Assembly: GCA_963737905.1 (NCBI GenBank)
Contig: CAVTUQ010000026.1
Location: 192,001-256,000, forward strand
Source of the DNA: an uncultured delta proteobacterium
GTDB lineage: Bacteria; Desulfobacterota; Binatia; UBA9968
Reading direction: 5' to 3'
Length of the DNA: 64,000 bases
Below are positions 8,493 through 16,895 of this stretch, in pieces. The notes beneath the pieces are model-generated. The model searched no databases. It was given only the letters and a program-made list of their open reading frames with translations, and was not told the DNA's origin. Numbering within the stretch: the stretch's first letter is position 1; the number at the start of each line of letters is the position of its first letter. The translations under genes and the position numbers were made by a program.

Positions 8493-10376
8493 ATGGGGAA
8501 GAGCCGGTTAGTGATACTTTTTGCTCTGGGTTTAGTTTTGACTACGACCGCGACCGCTCATAGCGGAGAGGTGACTGGCGTCTGGGAGAAGAAGCAGATG
8601 GACCCAAGAGTCGGATCCCAAGGGGCTGAGATAGACCGTATCCCCGAGATTAGTAACGTTAATCTTTTACCGTCAGATGCCCCGCCTCCCAAAGACCTGC
8701 GCTGCGATACGACTTCAAAGTGTACGTTTGATCTTCATTACTTTAAAGGCGAGACGTTTGATCTGAAAGACCCTACGAGAAAGAACATCCTCTTCATTGC
8801 CGGCGGGCCTGGGCAGTTCGTTCCGGAAAACGGTCATGGTAATCGAGCGTTGGCTGCCCTAGACGGTAACAGAACCCTGACCGTTGGCGGAAAACGTATT
8901 CCCGACGTAAATGAAGGGCAACACAATATCGTCTATTTTCACGTTCGAGGGGCTGGCCAAAGCGTAATAAATAGAAACAACAAATACGATCAGTTCTTAC
9001 GTGCGAAATATGTTGTTGAAGATATAGAAAAACTGAGACAAGAACTTCTCGGCGAAAAGCCCTGGGACGCCATCTATGCGCATAGTTGGGGAACAGTCGT
9101 TGCCCAACTGTATGCAAGGAAATATGGGAAGCCCGACATTGCTTCTGGTCGCCCGGAATCTCGGGTCAAAAGCTTGATACTTTCAGCACCGATAATGAGG
9201 AAAGATTCTGAAACCCCCAAAGCGCGTATCAAACAGACTGTTTCCAACCTGAGGAAAATATATGAGTTCTATAGGCCTGTAGGGAATTGCACTATTTCGG
9301 ATGCGTCCTATCTCAAAAACCGCGTAGACGACTTCGATGAGAATTTCTCGCTGGGACTGAGCGGGGAAGATCTCGACGGAACAGATAATCTCTGTTTTGT
9401 AGATGATGCACGAATATTGGGCATAGCCCGTGACGTCGAAAGAATATTGACTGATTTGGAGCCCGACTATGGATCAGTGGATTTTGTTAAGGATCACTTT
9501 GATAGCTTGCAGCGTGATCCGAACTTTCCGGCGAGTCTAAAAAAGTATCCGCTGGAGTTCTTCGCAGCTCTCCGGACGGTTCAGATGCTCGGCGCACCAG
9601 ATGATAACGCGCTAGTATTCACACAAGATACTAAAAGCATGGTTGATATGGCTTTGATCATAGGTTACCACCTGGCACCGCAAATATCGCCGACCCTACA
9701 ACTCCCGTGTGACCCCAATGGCAGATTTCTCACGGGTGCAGCAGCTCCTCGCGCGATTAAGGAAAAATATTGCAAGAGGTTAATAGCAGCGAAAAAAAAC
9801 CTAGTCGAACTTGGCAACGGCTTAGAATCGGAGCGGGCCAAGTATGTCTTTGGCGCATACGACGGTGTGACTCGATGGGTTTTTAAAGCGCTGAATAAAG
9901 ATTGTTTCACTGGGCAAGATCTAATGAATTTTGCTACCGCAGCCATGGGACCTAATGACAGGAAGAAGCCTTTACGGGAAACCGCAAAGAAAATAGGAAT
10001 TGATTTATCTGGAGCTACGGTCTGCGGATGGGACCCCGGTGGGGGCAATGCCCATAGCGTGCCGACTCTTATCCTAGCTGGGAGCGCCGACGCCATCATC
10101 GCGGGTTGTCAAGCCGAGGATTTTTACAACGATGGACTGGCTGGTCAAAAAGTGTTTTTGGAGTTTCTCGGGATGGGTCACACAATGACCGTAGCTGATG
10201 CGAGACTCGGGGCACTGGCTTTAGATCAGACTCAGAAATTCTCCGATATCATCTCAAAATTCGTAATTATGGCACCTTCCCAACTGGCACAATTTGTCAG
10301 CAGTGTGCAAGGGGAACTGGGTGCGCTTAAAGCGCGGGTCCGTCGAACGAAAAATGGGCGCATAAAGTGTCCGTAA
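8493..10376 (+). CDS. Secreted alpha/beta-fold hydrolase (prolyl/tripeptidyl aminopeptidase-like)
   Basis: GGAGG SD before ATG 8493; hydrophobic signal peptide; AGGPG oxyanion motif, AHSWG nucleophile elbow, GSADAI (Asp) and GMGHT (His). Confidence 0.85.
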   Translation: MGKSRLVILFALGLVLTTTATAHSGEVTGVWEKKQMDPRVGSQGAEIDRIPEISNVNLLPSDAPPPKDLRCDTTSKCTFDLHYFKGETFDLKDPTRKNILFIAGGPGQFVPENGHGNRALAALDGNRTLTVGGKRIPDVNEGQHNIVYFHVRGAGQSVINRNNKYDQFLRAKYVVEDIEKLRQELLGEKPWDAIYAHSWGTVVAQLYARKYGKPDIASGRPESRVKSLILSAPIMRKDSETPKARIKQTVSNLRKIYEFYRPVGNCTISDASYLKNRVDDFDENFSLGLSGEDLDGTDNLCFVDDARILGIARDVERILTDLEPDYGSVDFVKDHFDSLQRDPNFPASLKKYPLEFFAALRTVQMLGAPDDNALVFTQDTKSMVDMALIIGYHLAPQISPTLQLPCDPNGRFLTGAAAPRAIKEKYCKRLIAAKKNLVELGNGLESERAKYVFGAYDGVTRWVFKALNKDCFTGQDLMNFATAAMGPNDRKKPLRETAKKIGIDLSGATVCGWDPGGGNAHSVPTLILAGSADAIIAGCQAEDFYNDGLAGQKVFLEFLGMGHTMTVADARLGALALDQTQKFSDIISKFVIMAPSQLAQFVSSVQGELGALKARVRRTKNGRIKCP

Positions 10377-10389
10377 CGGCAAGAGTCAC

Positions 10390-10418
10390 TTGACAGGAAA
10401 ACAGCCACCAACTAACTT
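10390..10418 (+). promoter_or_regulatory. Sigma70-type promoter for the 80-aa gene
   Basis: TTGACA (10390-10395), 17-nt spacer, TAACTT (10413-10418). Confidence 0.65.
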
Positions 10419-10451
10419 AGGCTAACTGAATTACCATAGGGAGGTGCGATT

Positions 10452-10694
10452 ATGGCCAAAACGAGTAATGTAGGTAGCAAGCTGATAAGAAAGGTCCGTC
10501 TCGAGATTCGCAAAGTGATTGCAGCAAATCAACATTGGCAACTCGCGGTTGACGACATAATAAAAGCAGCAAGACCCAAAGACAAAAAAGCTGAGAAGCG
10601 AGCAAGAAAAGCCGCTGTCTCCTTGGTGGTTGCCGGAAATCAGGCACTAGCGGATGCAGCTGCGAAAATTTTCCACAACATTGCGGGAAAGTGA
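10452..10694 (+). CDS. Small Lys/Ala-rich basic hypothetical protein
   Basis: GGGAGGT SD, ATG start, own promoter; 80 aa. Confidence 0.7.
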   Translation: MAKTSNVGSKLIRKVRLEIRKVIAANQHWQLAVDDIIKAARPKDKKAEKRARKAAVSLVVAGNQALADAAAKIFHNIAGK

Positions 10695-10769
10695 ATTCGT
10701 TGCTGGCAAATAAGTTGAATTGTGGTGGGTGATAAATAGACGGCGGCCCCGACCAAACTTAAAAAATAG

Positions 10770-11035
10770 TTATCCCCAACCTCTTCAACTTCTTGATCAA
10801 TCCTTGGCGGCTTAGCCTAGCACCCGAGCCGCTTTTTGTTTGTTTTCACCAGAATTTCGCACTGCCTCTTCGATCAGCCGGCGTTCTGAGTGGAAGCGCT
10901 CAAATTTCGGATGGAACCGTCCAAATAATTTTCGGTTATTGGTTTCCCCGCACCGACGCTACGAAGCCTTGATCTCGTTCTCCGGCTGCCGCGTTGCCTG
11001 GCCAGTTTGTAACTGAGCGTATCCATGCTTTGCCA
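10770..11035 (-). pseudogene. Degenerate 3' fragment of a sigma54-dependent activator, paralog of 16827-18410
   Basis: Clear nucleotide similarity to about 16845-17180 (CTTCAACTTCTTGATCAA, GAGCCGCTTTTTGTTTGTTT, CCAGAATTTCGCA); remnants of WPGN..ENEI and LSRQGLIKKLKRLG with indels. Confidence 0.85.
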
Positions 11036-11044
11036 GCGGCACTA

Positions 11045-12206
11045 CTAGTGTAATGTCTCTAAATTAATAGTAGTTAATCTTCGTCTAAGGGGCAGGAGGG
11101 ATTTTTCATGCGAGTCGCCCCAGCTATTGTGTTGACGGAGAGTGAGACCAATATTCTGAAAACGTGGTCGCGAGCAGGAAAAACTCCGGCACGGTTGATG
11201 CAGCGGGCCAAGATTATTCTGTTGGTGGCCCAAGGAGAGCGTAACGAAATCATTGCCGAGAAGTTGGGAATCGATCCCAGACAAGTATCTCGCTGGCGCC
11301 GACGGTTTGTGGAAAAACGCTTGGCCGGGATCGAAAAGGATCTTCCTCGCGGCGGACGGAAGCCGAGCAAGCGGGAAAAGGTGACCCCTTTGATTATCGA
11401 GACCACCACTCAAACCAAACCGGCAAACGCTACCCACTGGAGCGTTCGAACGTTGGGAGAGAAACTGGGGATCGACAAATCGATGGTGTATCGGGTGTGG
11501 CAAGCCAGTGGTCTGAAGCCCCATCTGTCGAAGACCTTCAAAGTCAGCAACGACAAGAAGTTCATCGAAAAAGTCATCGACGTGGTGGGCCTGTATCTCA
11601 ACCCTCCCGAGCATGCGCTGGTGCTGTGTGCGGATGAGAAAACCTCGGTCCAAGCCTTGGACCGCACCCAACCGGGGCTGCCGATCAAGAAAGGGCGATT
11701 GGGAACGATGACCCACGATTACAAACGCAACGGCACCACCACGCTATTTGCCGCCCTGGAGATGGCCGAGGGAAGCGTCATCGCCACTTGCATGAACCGT
11801 CACCGGCATCAGGAGTGGATTAAGTTTCTCCATCTGATCGATCGACAGACCCCGGCCGAGTTGGATCTGCATCTGATCGTGGACAATTATTCGACGCACA
11901 AGCATCCTAAGGTCAAAACGTGGCTCAAAGGCCATCCCCGATTCCATATGCACTTTGTACCAACGTCGAGCTCCTGGCTGAACATGGTCGAGCGTTGGTT
12001 TCGTGATCTGACTGACAAGCGAATTCGACGCGGTGTTTTTAAGTCGGTCGCTGATCTGATTGCGGCGATCCAAGCCTATATTGAGCATCACAACCAAAAT
12101 CCTAAAACCTTTGTCTGGACCGCCAAAGCCGAAGACATTATCGCTAAGTATCGACGTGCTAAAGCCGTCTTGGATAAAGTACAAACAGCGTGAGACACTA
12201 CACTAG
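11045..12206 (+). mobile_element. IS630-family insertion sequence, apparently complete
   Basis: Ends CTAGTGTAATGTCTC / GAGACACTACACTAG (14/15 inverted match, including the CTAG target at both ends). Confidence 0.93.
11108..12193 (+). CDS. IS630-family transposase
   Basis: HTH N-terminus; motifs [41 protein letters not shown]. Confidence 0.96.
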   Translation: MRVAPAIVLTESETNILKTWSRAGKTPARLMQRAKIILLVAQGERNEIIAEKLGIDPRQVSRWRRRFVEKRLAGIEKDLPRGGRKPSKREKVTPLIIETTTQTKPANATHWSVRTLGEKLGIDKSMVYRVWQASGLKPHLSKTFKVSNDKKFIEKVIDVVGLYLNPPEHALVLCADEKTSVQALDRTQPGLPIKKGRLGTMTHDYKRNGTTTLFAALEMAEGSVIATCMNRHRHQEWIKFLHLIDRQTPAELDLHLIVDNYSTHKHPKVKTWLKGHPRFHMHFVPTSSSWLNMVERWFRDLTDKRIRRGVFKSVADLIAAIQAYIEHHNQNPKTFVWTAKAEDIIAKYRRAKAVLDKVQTA

Positions 12207-12214
12207 TTTATCTA

Positions 12215-12249
12215 TAAAGGCGATTAGCGTTTTAAAGGCGATTAGCGTT
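12215..12249. repeat. 17-bp direct repeat x2
   Basis: TAAAGGCGATTAGCGTT at 12215-12231 and 12233-12249. Confidence 0.8.
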
Positions 12250-12408
12250 CATAGTGAGACAAGCATCAATATTTGTTGTGGCAATCCTATAACTTGCTTT
12301 TGGCACAGCCTGGTACTATACCCTTCTCTTGCTCCCTTCGATATGCATCCCTAACTCCGGCTTCATGGAATGGGATACGATGCAACCTAACTGGGATTGA
12401 TTCCCGTT

Positions 12409-15400
12409 ATGATTTGCCCGCAATGTCAGTGCGAGAATTTGCCTGCTTCAATCTTTTGCGAGCACTGCGGGGTGCGGCTCGAAGCGGTCTGTGCTCACTG
12501 TGGTGAGCCGAGCCGTCGTGGAGCCAAGTTTTGCCGAAACTGCGGGCAACTGATTAATCACACAGCAGCGGCCGCACCGGCCGTGGTCGCCGGAGTACCG
12601 TCACCGGAGACATATGTTCCCAAGCACCTCGCTGAAAAGATATTAGCCTCGCGGCAGGCGCTTGAAGGCGAACGGAAGCAGGTCACCGTTCTCTTTGCCG
12701 ACATCCGGGACTCTATGAAGCTGATCGAAAACCGCGATCCCGAAGAGGCGCAGAAGATCATCGACCCGGTGCTGCATCTCATGATGGACGCGGTTCATCG
12801 CTATGAAGGAACCGTGAATCAGGTGTTAGGAGATGGCATCATGGCGCTTTTTGGTGCGCCGTTGGCCCACGAGGACCACGCCTTGCGCGCCTGTTATGCC
12901 GCCCTGGCGATGCAGGAGGAAATGCGGCGGTATCGCAGGAAACTCGGCCAGTCCGAGGACGTTGGCTTGCAAATCGGGATCGGCTTGAATTCGGGTGAAG
13001 TTGTGGTGCGTTCGATTAGTAACGATCTCAATGTGGACTATTCCGCTTTGGGCCATACAACCCACCTGGCGGCTAGGATGCAGGAGCTCGCAGCCGGTGG
13101 AACTACTTTGATGACTTCCTCAACTTTGCGGGAGGTGGAGGGATTCGTTCAAGTAAGATCGGTTGGGGCGGTACAAGTCAAAGGTGTTTCTCGACCCGTT
13201 GATGCCTTCGAAGTCGTCGCTGCCACGACGGCGCGGACACGTGTACAGGCGGCGGCCGTACGCGGGCTGACGCCATTGGTCGGGCGCCAGAATGAAGTCG
13301 AAGTTTTCAATAAACTTGCCGAACAAACCGTCGCCCGTCACGGCCAGATTTTGGCGATGGTTGGCGAGCCAGGCATGGGTAAATCGCGTTTGGTGCACGA
13401 ATTTACCCGGCATCAGTTACGGCCGGGTTGGCTAGTGTTGGAGGGCGCATCGGTTTCTTACGGTAAGGCAACTCCCTATTTCCCGCTCATTGCAATGTTA
13501 CACCGATACTTTCGAATCGCCGACGGCGAAGGGAGCGCGAACATCCGAGACCGAGTAGGGATGCATATTTTGGAATTGGACGGCATACTTAAGGATGCGA
13601 TCCCACCGATTCTTTCACTACTGGGGGTGTTGCCCGACGACGTTCATCCGTCGGCAGCATGGGGGCAATTCAAAGATGTCGTCGAAGCGACGGAACGATA
13701 CCTTGCGATGGACCCACAACAGCGGCGTCGTTGTACCTTCGACGCGGTGAAGCGGCTACTGATTCGCGAGAGTCAACGGCAGCCGTTGTTAATCGTTTTT
13801 GAGGATCTCCATTGGATCGACGGCGAAACGCAGGCATTTCTCGATGGCTTCATGGAAAGTCTCCCGCTGACGCGTATTCTTCTACTCGTCGATTACCGGC
13901 CCGAGTACAATCATGGCTGGGGCGATAAAACCTATTACACGCAACTTCGTGTGGATCCGCTGCATCCGGTCAGTGCGGAGGAACTATTGCAGCACCTATT
14001 AGGACTCAACGCGGATCTCGCTGCGCTCAAGGATCTATTGACCCGGCGCACAGATGGAAACCCGTTCTTCGCGGAGGAAAGTGTGCGCTCTCTTGCGGAA
14101 ACTGGAGTGCTGGTTGGTGAGAAGGGGGCGTACCGGCCGGGGGTGAAGATCGATGAGATCCGTATTCCGAGCACGGTGCAAAACGTCGTCGCAGATCGTA
14201 TTGACAGATTACCGACAGAGGAGAAACATTTACTTCAGACTGCCGCCGTTATTGGAGTGATTGTTCCCGTACGGCTTTTGCGCGCCGTGACAGAACTGCC
14301 GGAAGGCGATCTTCAGTTCTACCTCACGCATCTACAAGCTGCCGAGTTTCTCTACGAGAGCAATCTTTTTCCAGAGCTAGAGTATACGTTCAAACACGCG
14401 CTAACCAACGAGGTCGCCTATGGCGCGCTCATTCAGGATCGCAAGCTTTCTCTTCACGCGAAAGTCATAAGCGCACTCGAAAGCATTTTCGGTGACAATT
14501 TACAGGATCACATCGAGAGTCTCGCGCACCATGCCTATCGCGGCGAAGTTTGGGAGAAGGCGGTGGGTTATTCGTGGCAATCCGGAAAGAAGGCGTCGCA
14601 ACGTTCAGCGAATCAAGAAGCACGAGAATTCTTTCGAACCGGGTTGAGAGCATTGGAGCATCTTCCGCAGAGTCGTGCGAATCTGCAACAGGCGGTTGAT
14701 CTCCGGTTAGAGCTTCGCAACTCGCTTTATTTTCTTAGCGAGTTCGATGAACTGCAAACTTGCCTGCGCGAAGCCGAATCCATCGCGCAGCGGATTTCAG
14801 ACGAACGCAGGTTGGGACGAGTGATTAATTTTCTGAATTCCTACTACGGCCTCATGGGCGAGCACCGCCAGTCCATCGAGTTGGGTACGCGCGGCCTGCG
14901 AATCAACCGAGACGATGTGGAGCTGAATACAGTGACCCATTACTATATGGGGTTAGCCTATCATCACGTCGGGCAATATGACCAATCGATCGCCTTCCTC
15001 AGGCGAGCTCTCTCGGTCACACAGGAGGAACGCTTCAAGCATGATCGATTTGGCACAGCCAATATCTTGTCGGTAATCTGTCGAATTTGGTTAACTCAAT
15101 GTTGCGCCCAAATCGGGCACTTCAAAGACGGGAAGACCCTGGCTGAGGAAGCGATAACGATCGCTAAGGAAGCGGATCATGCCTCCAGTCTTGCCTGGGC
15201 TTATCTGGGCTTAGGGTTTATTCATCTGGTTCAAGGGAATGTCAATCCCGCGATTAGAACGTTAGAAACGTGCCAGAAGATTTGTGGCGCCAGTAATATT
15301 CAGGTGTTGATGCCTCACATGGGCTCAAATTTGGGCTACGCATACGCTCTTGCAGGACGTGTTGACGACGCTATTCCACTCCTCGAGAAAGCCGATCAGC

Positions 15401-15843
15401 AATCGAAACTGAGTGGCCGTAAAGCGGCATGGGCTTTAAGGCTCACCTGGCTGGGCTATGCTAGTCTGCTCGGGCGTCAAATCGGTAAGGCACGAGAGCA
15501 GGCTCAACGCGCGGTGGCTCTGGCGAGCGATGCCGGCGAGCGCGGATACGAAGCGTGGGCTCACAAACTCTTGGGGGACGTTATTCAAGAAGAGTCATCA
15601 AATCTCAGCGAAGCCCTTAATCATTACGGTGCGAGTATGGCGTTAGCAACGGAATTCGGCATGCTCCCGCTCCAGGCTCACATTCACTTGACTCGAGGAC
15701 GCTTGCACCACCGTGAGAATCAGATCGAGCAAGCCAGAACCGAACTATCGCTGGCCCTCACATCGTTCCGTGGTCTGGAGATGCTCCTCTGGACAGACGA
15801 AGCCGAGCAAGCACTAAGCGCATTGGTGCATAAGGCGAGCTAA
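12409..15843 (+). CDS. Class III adenylate/guanylate cyclase with double zinc ribbon, AAA/STAND ATPase and TPR repeats
   Basis: Four CxxC pairs; GERKQVTVLFADI and LGDGIMALFGAP; Walker A GEPGMGKS, Walker B IVFEDLHW; helical repeats at the C-terminus. Confidence 0.95.
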   Translation: MICPQCQCENLPASIFCEHCGVRLEAVCAHCGEPSRRGAKFCRNCGQLINHTAAAAPAVVAGVPSPETYVPKHLAEKILASRQALEGERKQVTVLFADIRDSMKLIENRDPEEAQKIIDPVLHLMMDAVHRYEGTVNQVLGDGIMALFGAPLAHEDHALRACYAALAMQEEMRRYRRKLGQSEDVGLQIGIGLNSGEVVVRSISNDLNVDYSALGHTTHLAARMQELAAGGTTLMTSSTLREVEGFVQVRSVGAVQVKGVSRPVDAFEVVAATTARTRVQAAAVRGLTPLVGRQNEVEVFNKLAEQTVARHGQILAMVGEPGMGKSRLVHEFTRHQLRPGWLVLEGASVSYGKATPYFPLIAMLHRYFRIADGEGSANIRDRVGMHILELDGILKDAIPPILSLLGVLPDDVHPSAAWGQFKDVVEATERYLAMDPQQRRRCTFDAVKRLLIRESQRQPLLIVFEDLHWIDGETQAFLDGFMESLPLTRILLLVDYRPEYNHGWGDKTYYTQLRVDPLHPVSAEELLQHLLGLNADLAALKDLLTRRTDGNPFFAEESVRSLAETGVLVGEKGAYRPGVKIDEIRIPSTVQNVVADRIDRLPTEEKHLLQTAAVIGVIVPVRLLRAVTELPEGDLQFYLTHLQAAEFLYESNLFPELEYTFKHALTNEVAYGALIQDRKLSLHAKVISALESIFGDNLQDHIESLAHHAYRGEVWEKAVGYSWQSGKKASQRSANQEAREFFRTGLRALEHLPQSRANLQQAVDLRLELRNSLYFLSEFDELQTCLREAESIAQRISDERRLGRVINFLNSYYGLMGEHRQSIELGTRGLRINRDDVELNTVTHYYMGLAYHHVGQYDQSIAFLRRALSVTQEERFKHDRFGTANILSVICRIWLTQCCAQIGHFKDGKTLAEEAITIAKEADHASSLAWAYLGLGFIHLVQGNVNPAIRTLETCQKICGASNIQVLMPHMGSNLGYAYALAGRVDDAIPLLEKADQQSKLSGRKAAWALRLTWLGYASLLGRQIGKAREQAQRAVALASDAGERGYEAWAHKLLGDVIQEESSNLSEALNHYGASMALATEFGMLPLQAHIHLTRGRLHHRENQIEQARTELSLALTSFRGLEMLLWTDEAEQALSALVHKAS

Positions 15844-15861
15844 CTGGTATTGATTCCCGTC

Positions 15862-15987
15862 ATGATTTGCCCGCAATGTCAGCATGAGAATTTCTCTGAT
15901 GCGATCTTTTGCGGCCATTGTTCTACGGCCGCGAATGTCAACGCAAAGATCGCTGCTCCTTTGTCTACTCAGTTTACACCGGCGTAA
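15862..15987 (+). pseudogene. 41-aa single zinc-ribbon ORF, a truncated duplicate of the cyclase 5' end
   Basis: MICPQCQHENFSDAIFCGHCS...; DNA from 15841 repeats DNA from 12388 (TAACTGGKATTGATTCCCGTYATGATTTGCCCGCAATGTCAG). Confidence 0.7.
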
Positions 15988-16139
15988 ATATCCAGATACT
16001 CTTCGATGTGCATAAGGTTACACTTCTTTGCGCTTTGAAGTTGTCGCATTCCACTACTCAACGCTCAACCCTTGGATTCTCAATGGGAAGATGCCGTGGA
16101 CACGTCGGCGTGTACACTACGCTGCAAGCGATTCGCATC

Positions 16140-16155
16140 TGGCACGCCGTATGCT
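16140..16155 (+). promoter_or_regulatory. Sigma54 -24/-12 promoter
   Basis: TGGCAC-GCCGT-ATGCT, GG-N10-GC spacing, 50 nt before ATG 16205. Confidence 0.8.
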
Positions 16156-16204
16156 CTTTAAGTGGACAGGAAGTGGAAATTAGGAAAGAAAGGAGGTGAG
16201 TAAA

Positions 16205-16513
16205 ATGAAAAAGACCATTTCACTACTGTCCAACTTGTTGCTGTCATCTGCGCTGTTCTGGGGCGTGCCGCTAGTGGAAGCGAACGAGATCGTCGACACG
16301 GAAGTCGCCGATTTTGCGGGTTACTGCCACATGAAGTTCCCGCCAATGAGCGAAGCGACTCTGTCTTGGGACCGGCCGGAGCTGAATGCGGAAGCTGAGA
16401 AGAGCATCGACTTCTACGGCCCGTGCGACTACGATCCGACGGGCGCGGCTGAGATCCGGACACAGCGGAACCTGTTACTGCGCGATCTTCACGGAGACGG
16501 CGACAGTGATTAA
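16205..16513 (+). CDS. Small secreted protein with two conserved Cys, unknown function
   Basis: AAGGAGGT SD; signal peptide; YCHMKFP...IDFYGPCDYD conserved in the paralog at 18609. Confidence 0.88.
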   Translation: MKKTISLLSNLLLSSALFWGVPLVEANEIVDTEVADFAGYCHMKFPPMSEATLSWDRPELNAEAEKSIDFYGPCDYDPTGAAEIRTQRNLLLRDLHGDGDSD

Positions 16514-16601
16514 GCCCGCCGTGTGCGAATGCAGGCACCGAGGGTGGAAAATTTCCCCCCTCGGTGCGCATTGTTAAGGCAAAGCTGATAGGGACACGAC
16601 G

Positions 16602-16895
16602 ATGAAACCCGGAGATGTGCTGACAACCACCAGACCGATTCGTTCACAAAAGACCGGGGTCGTCCTGCCCCGCCAGGGAATCTTTGTGAGCGCGATCGAA
16701 AATCTGGGCCGCCAGCTGATCCTGGTCAACTTTGGCAAAGTCGGCCTGGAGTATCTGTTCCCCAATGAAATCCTGGCGCAGAGTCCCGGCGTTAACGAGA
16801 GTTTTTCTGCTTCTTACTCTCAAGATTTAATCCGCCCGTTCACCTATCCCCAGCCGCTTCAACTTCTTGATCAACCCCTGGCGGCTCAGGCCTAA
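16602..16895 (+). CDS. Hypothetical protein (SH3-like small beta domain suspected)
   Basis: ATG start, protein-like first 60 aa; 3' end overlaps the convergent activator gene. Confidence 0.6.
   Translation: MKPGDVLTTTRPIRSQKTGVVLPRQGIFVSAIENLGRQLILVNFGKVGLEYLFPNEILAQSPGVNESFSASYSQDLIRPFTYPQPLQLLDQPLAAQA

Noticed and set aside
12215-12249. 17-bp direct repeat as CRISPR or as the IS630 target duplication
   Set aside because: Only two adjacent copies with no spacer, both on the same side of the IS.
12301-12316. TGGCAC upstream of the cyclase as a sigma54 promoter
   Set aside because: No GC at the -12 position (TGGCACAGCCTGGTA); TGGTACTAT looks more like an extended -10.
15909-16199. 96-aa ORF before the secreted protein
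   Set aside because: Covers the enhancer/promoter region, has no SD and no recognisable features.
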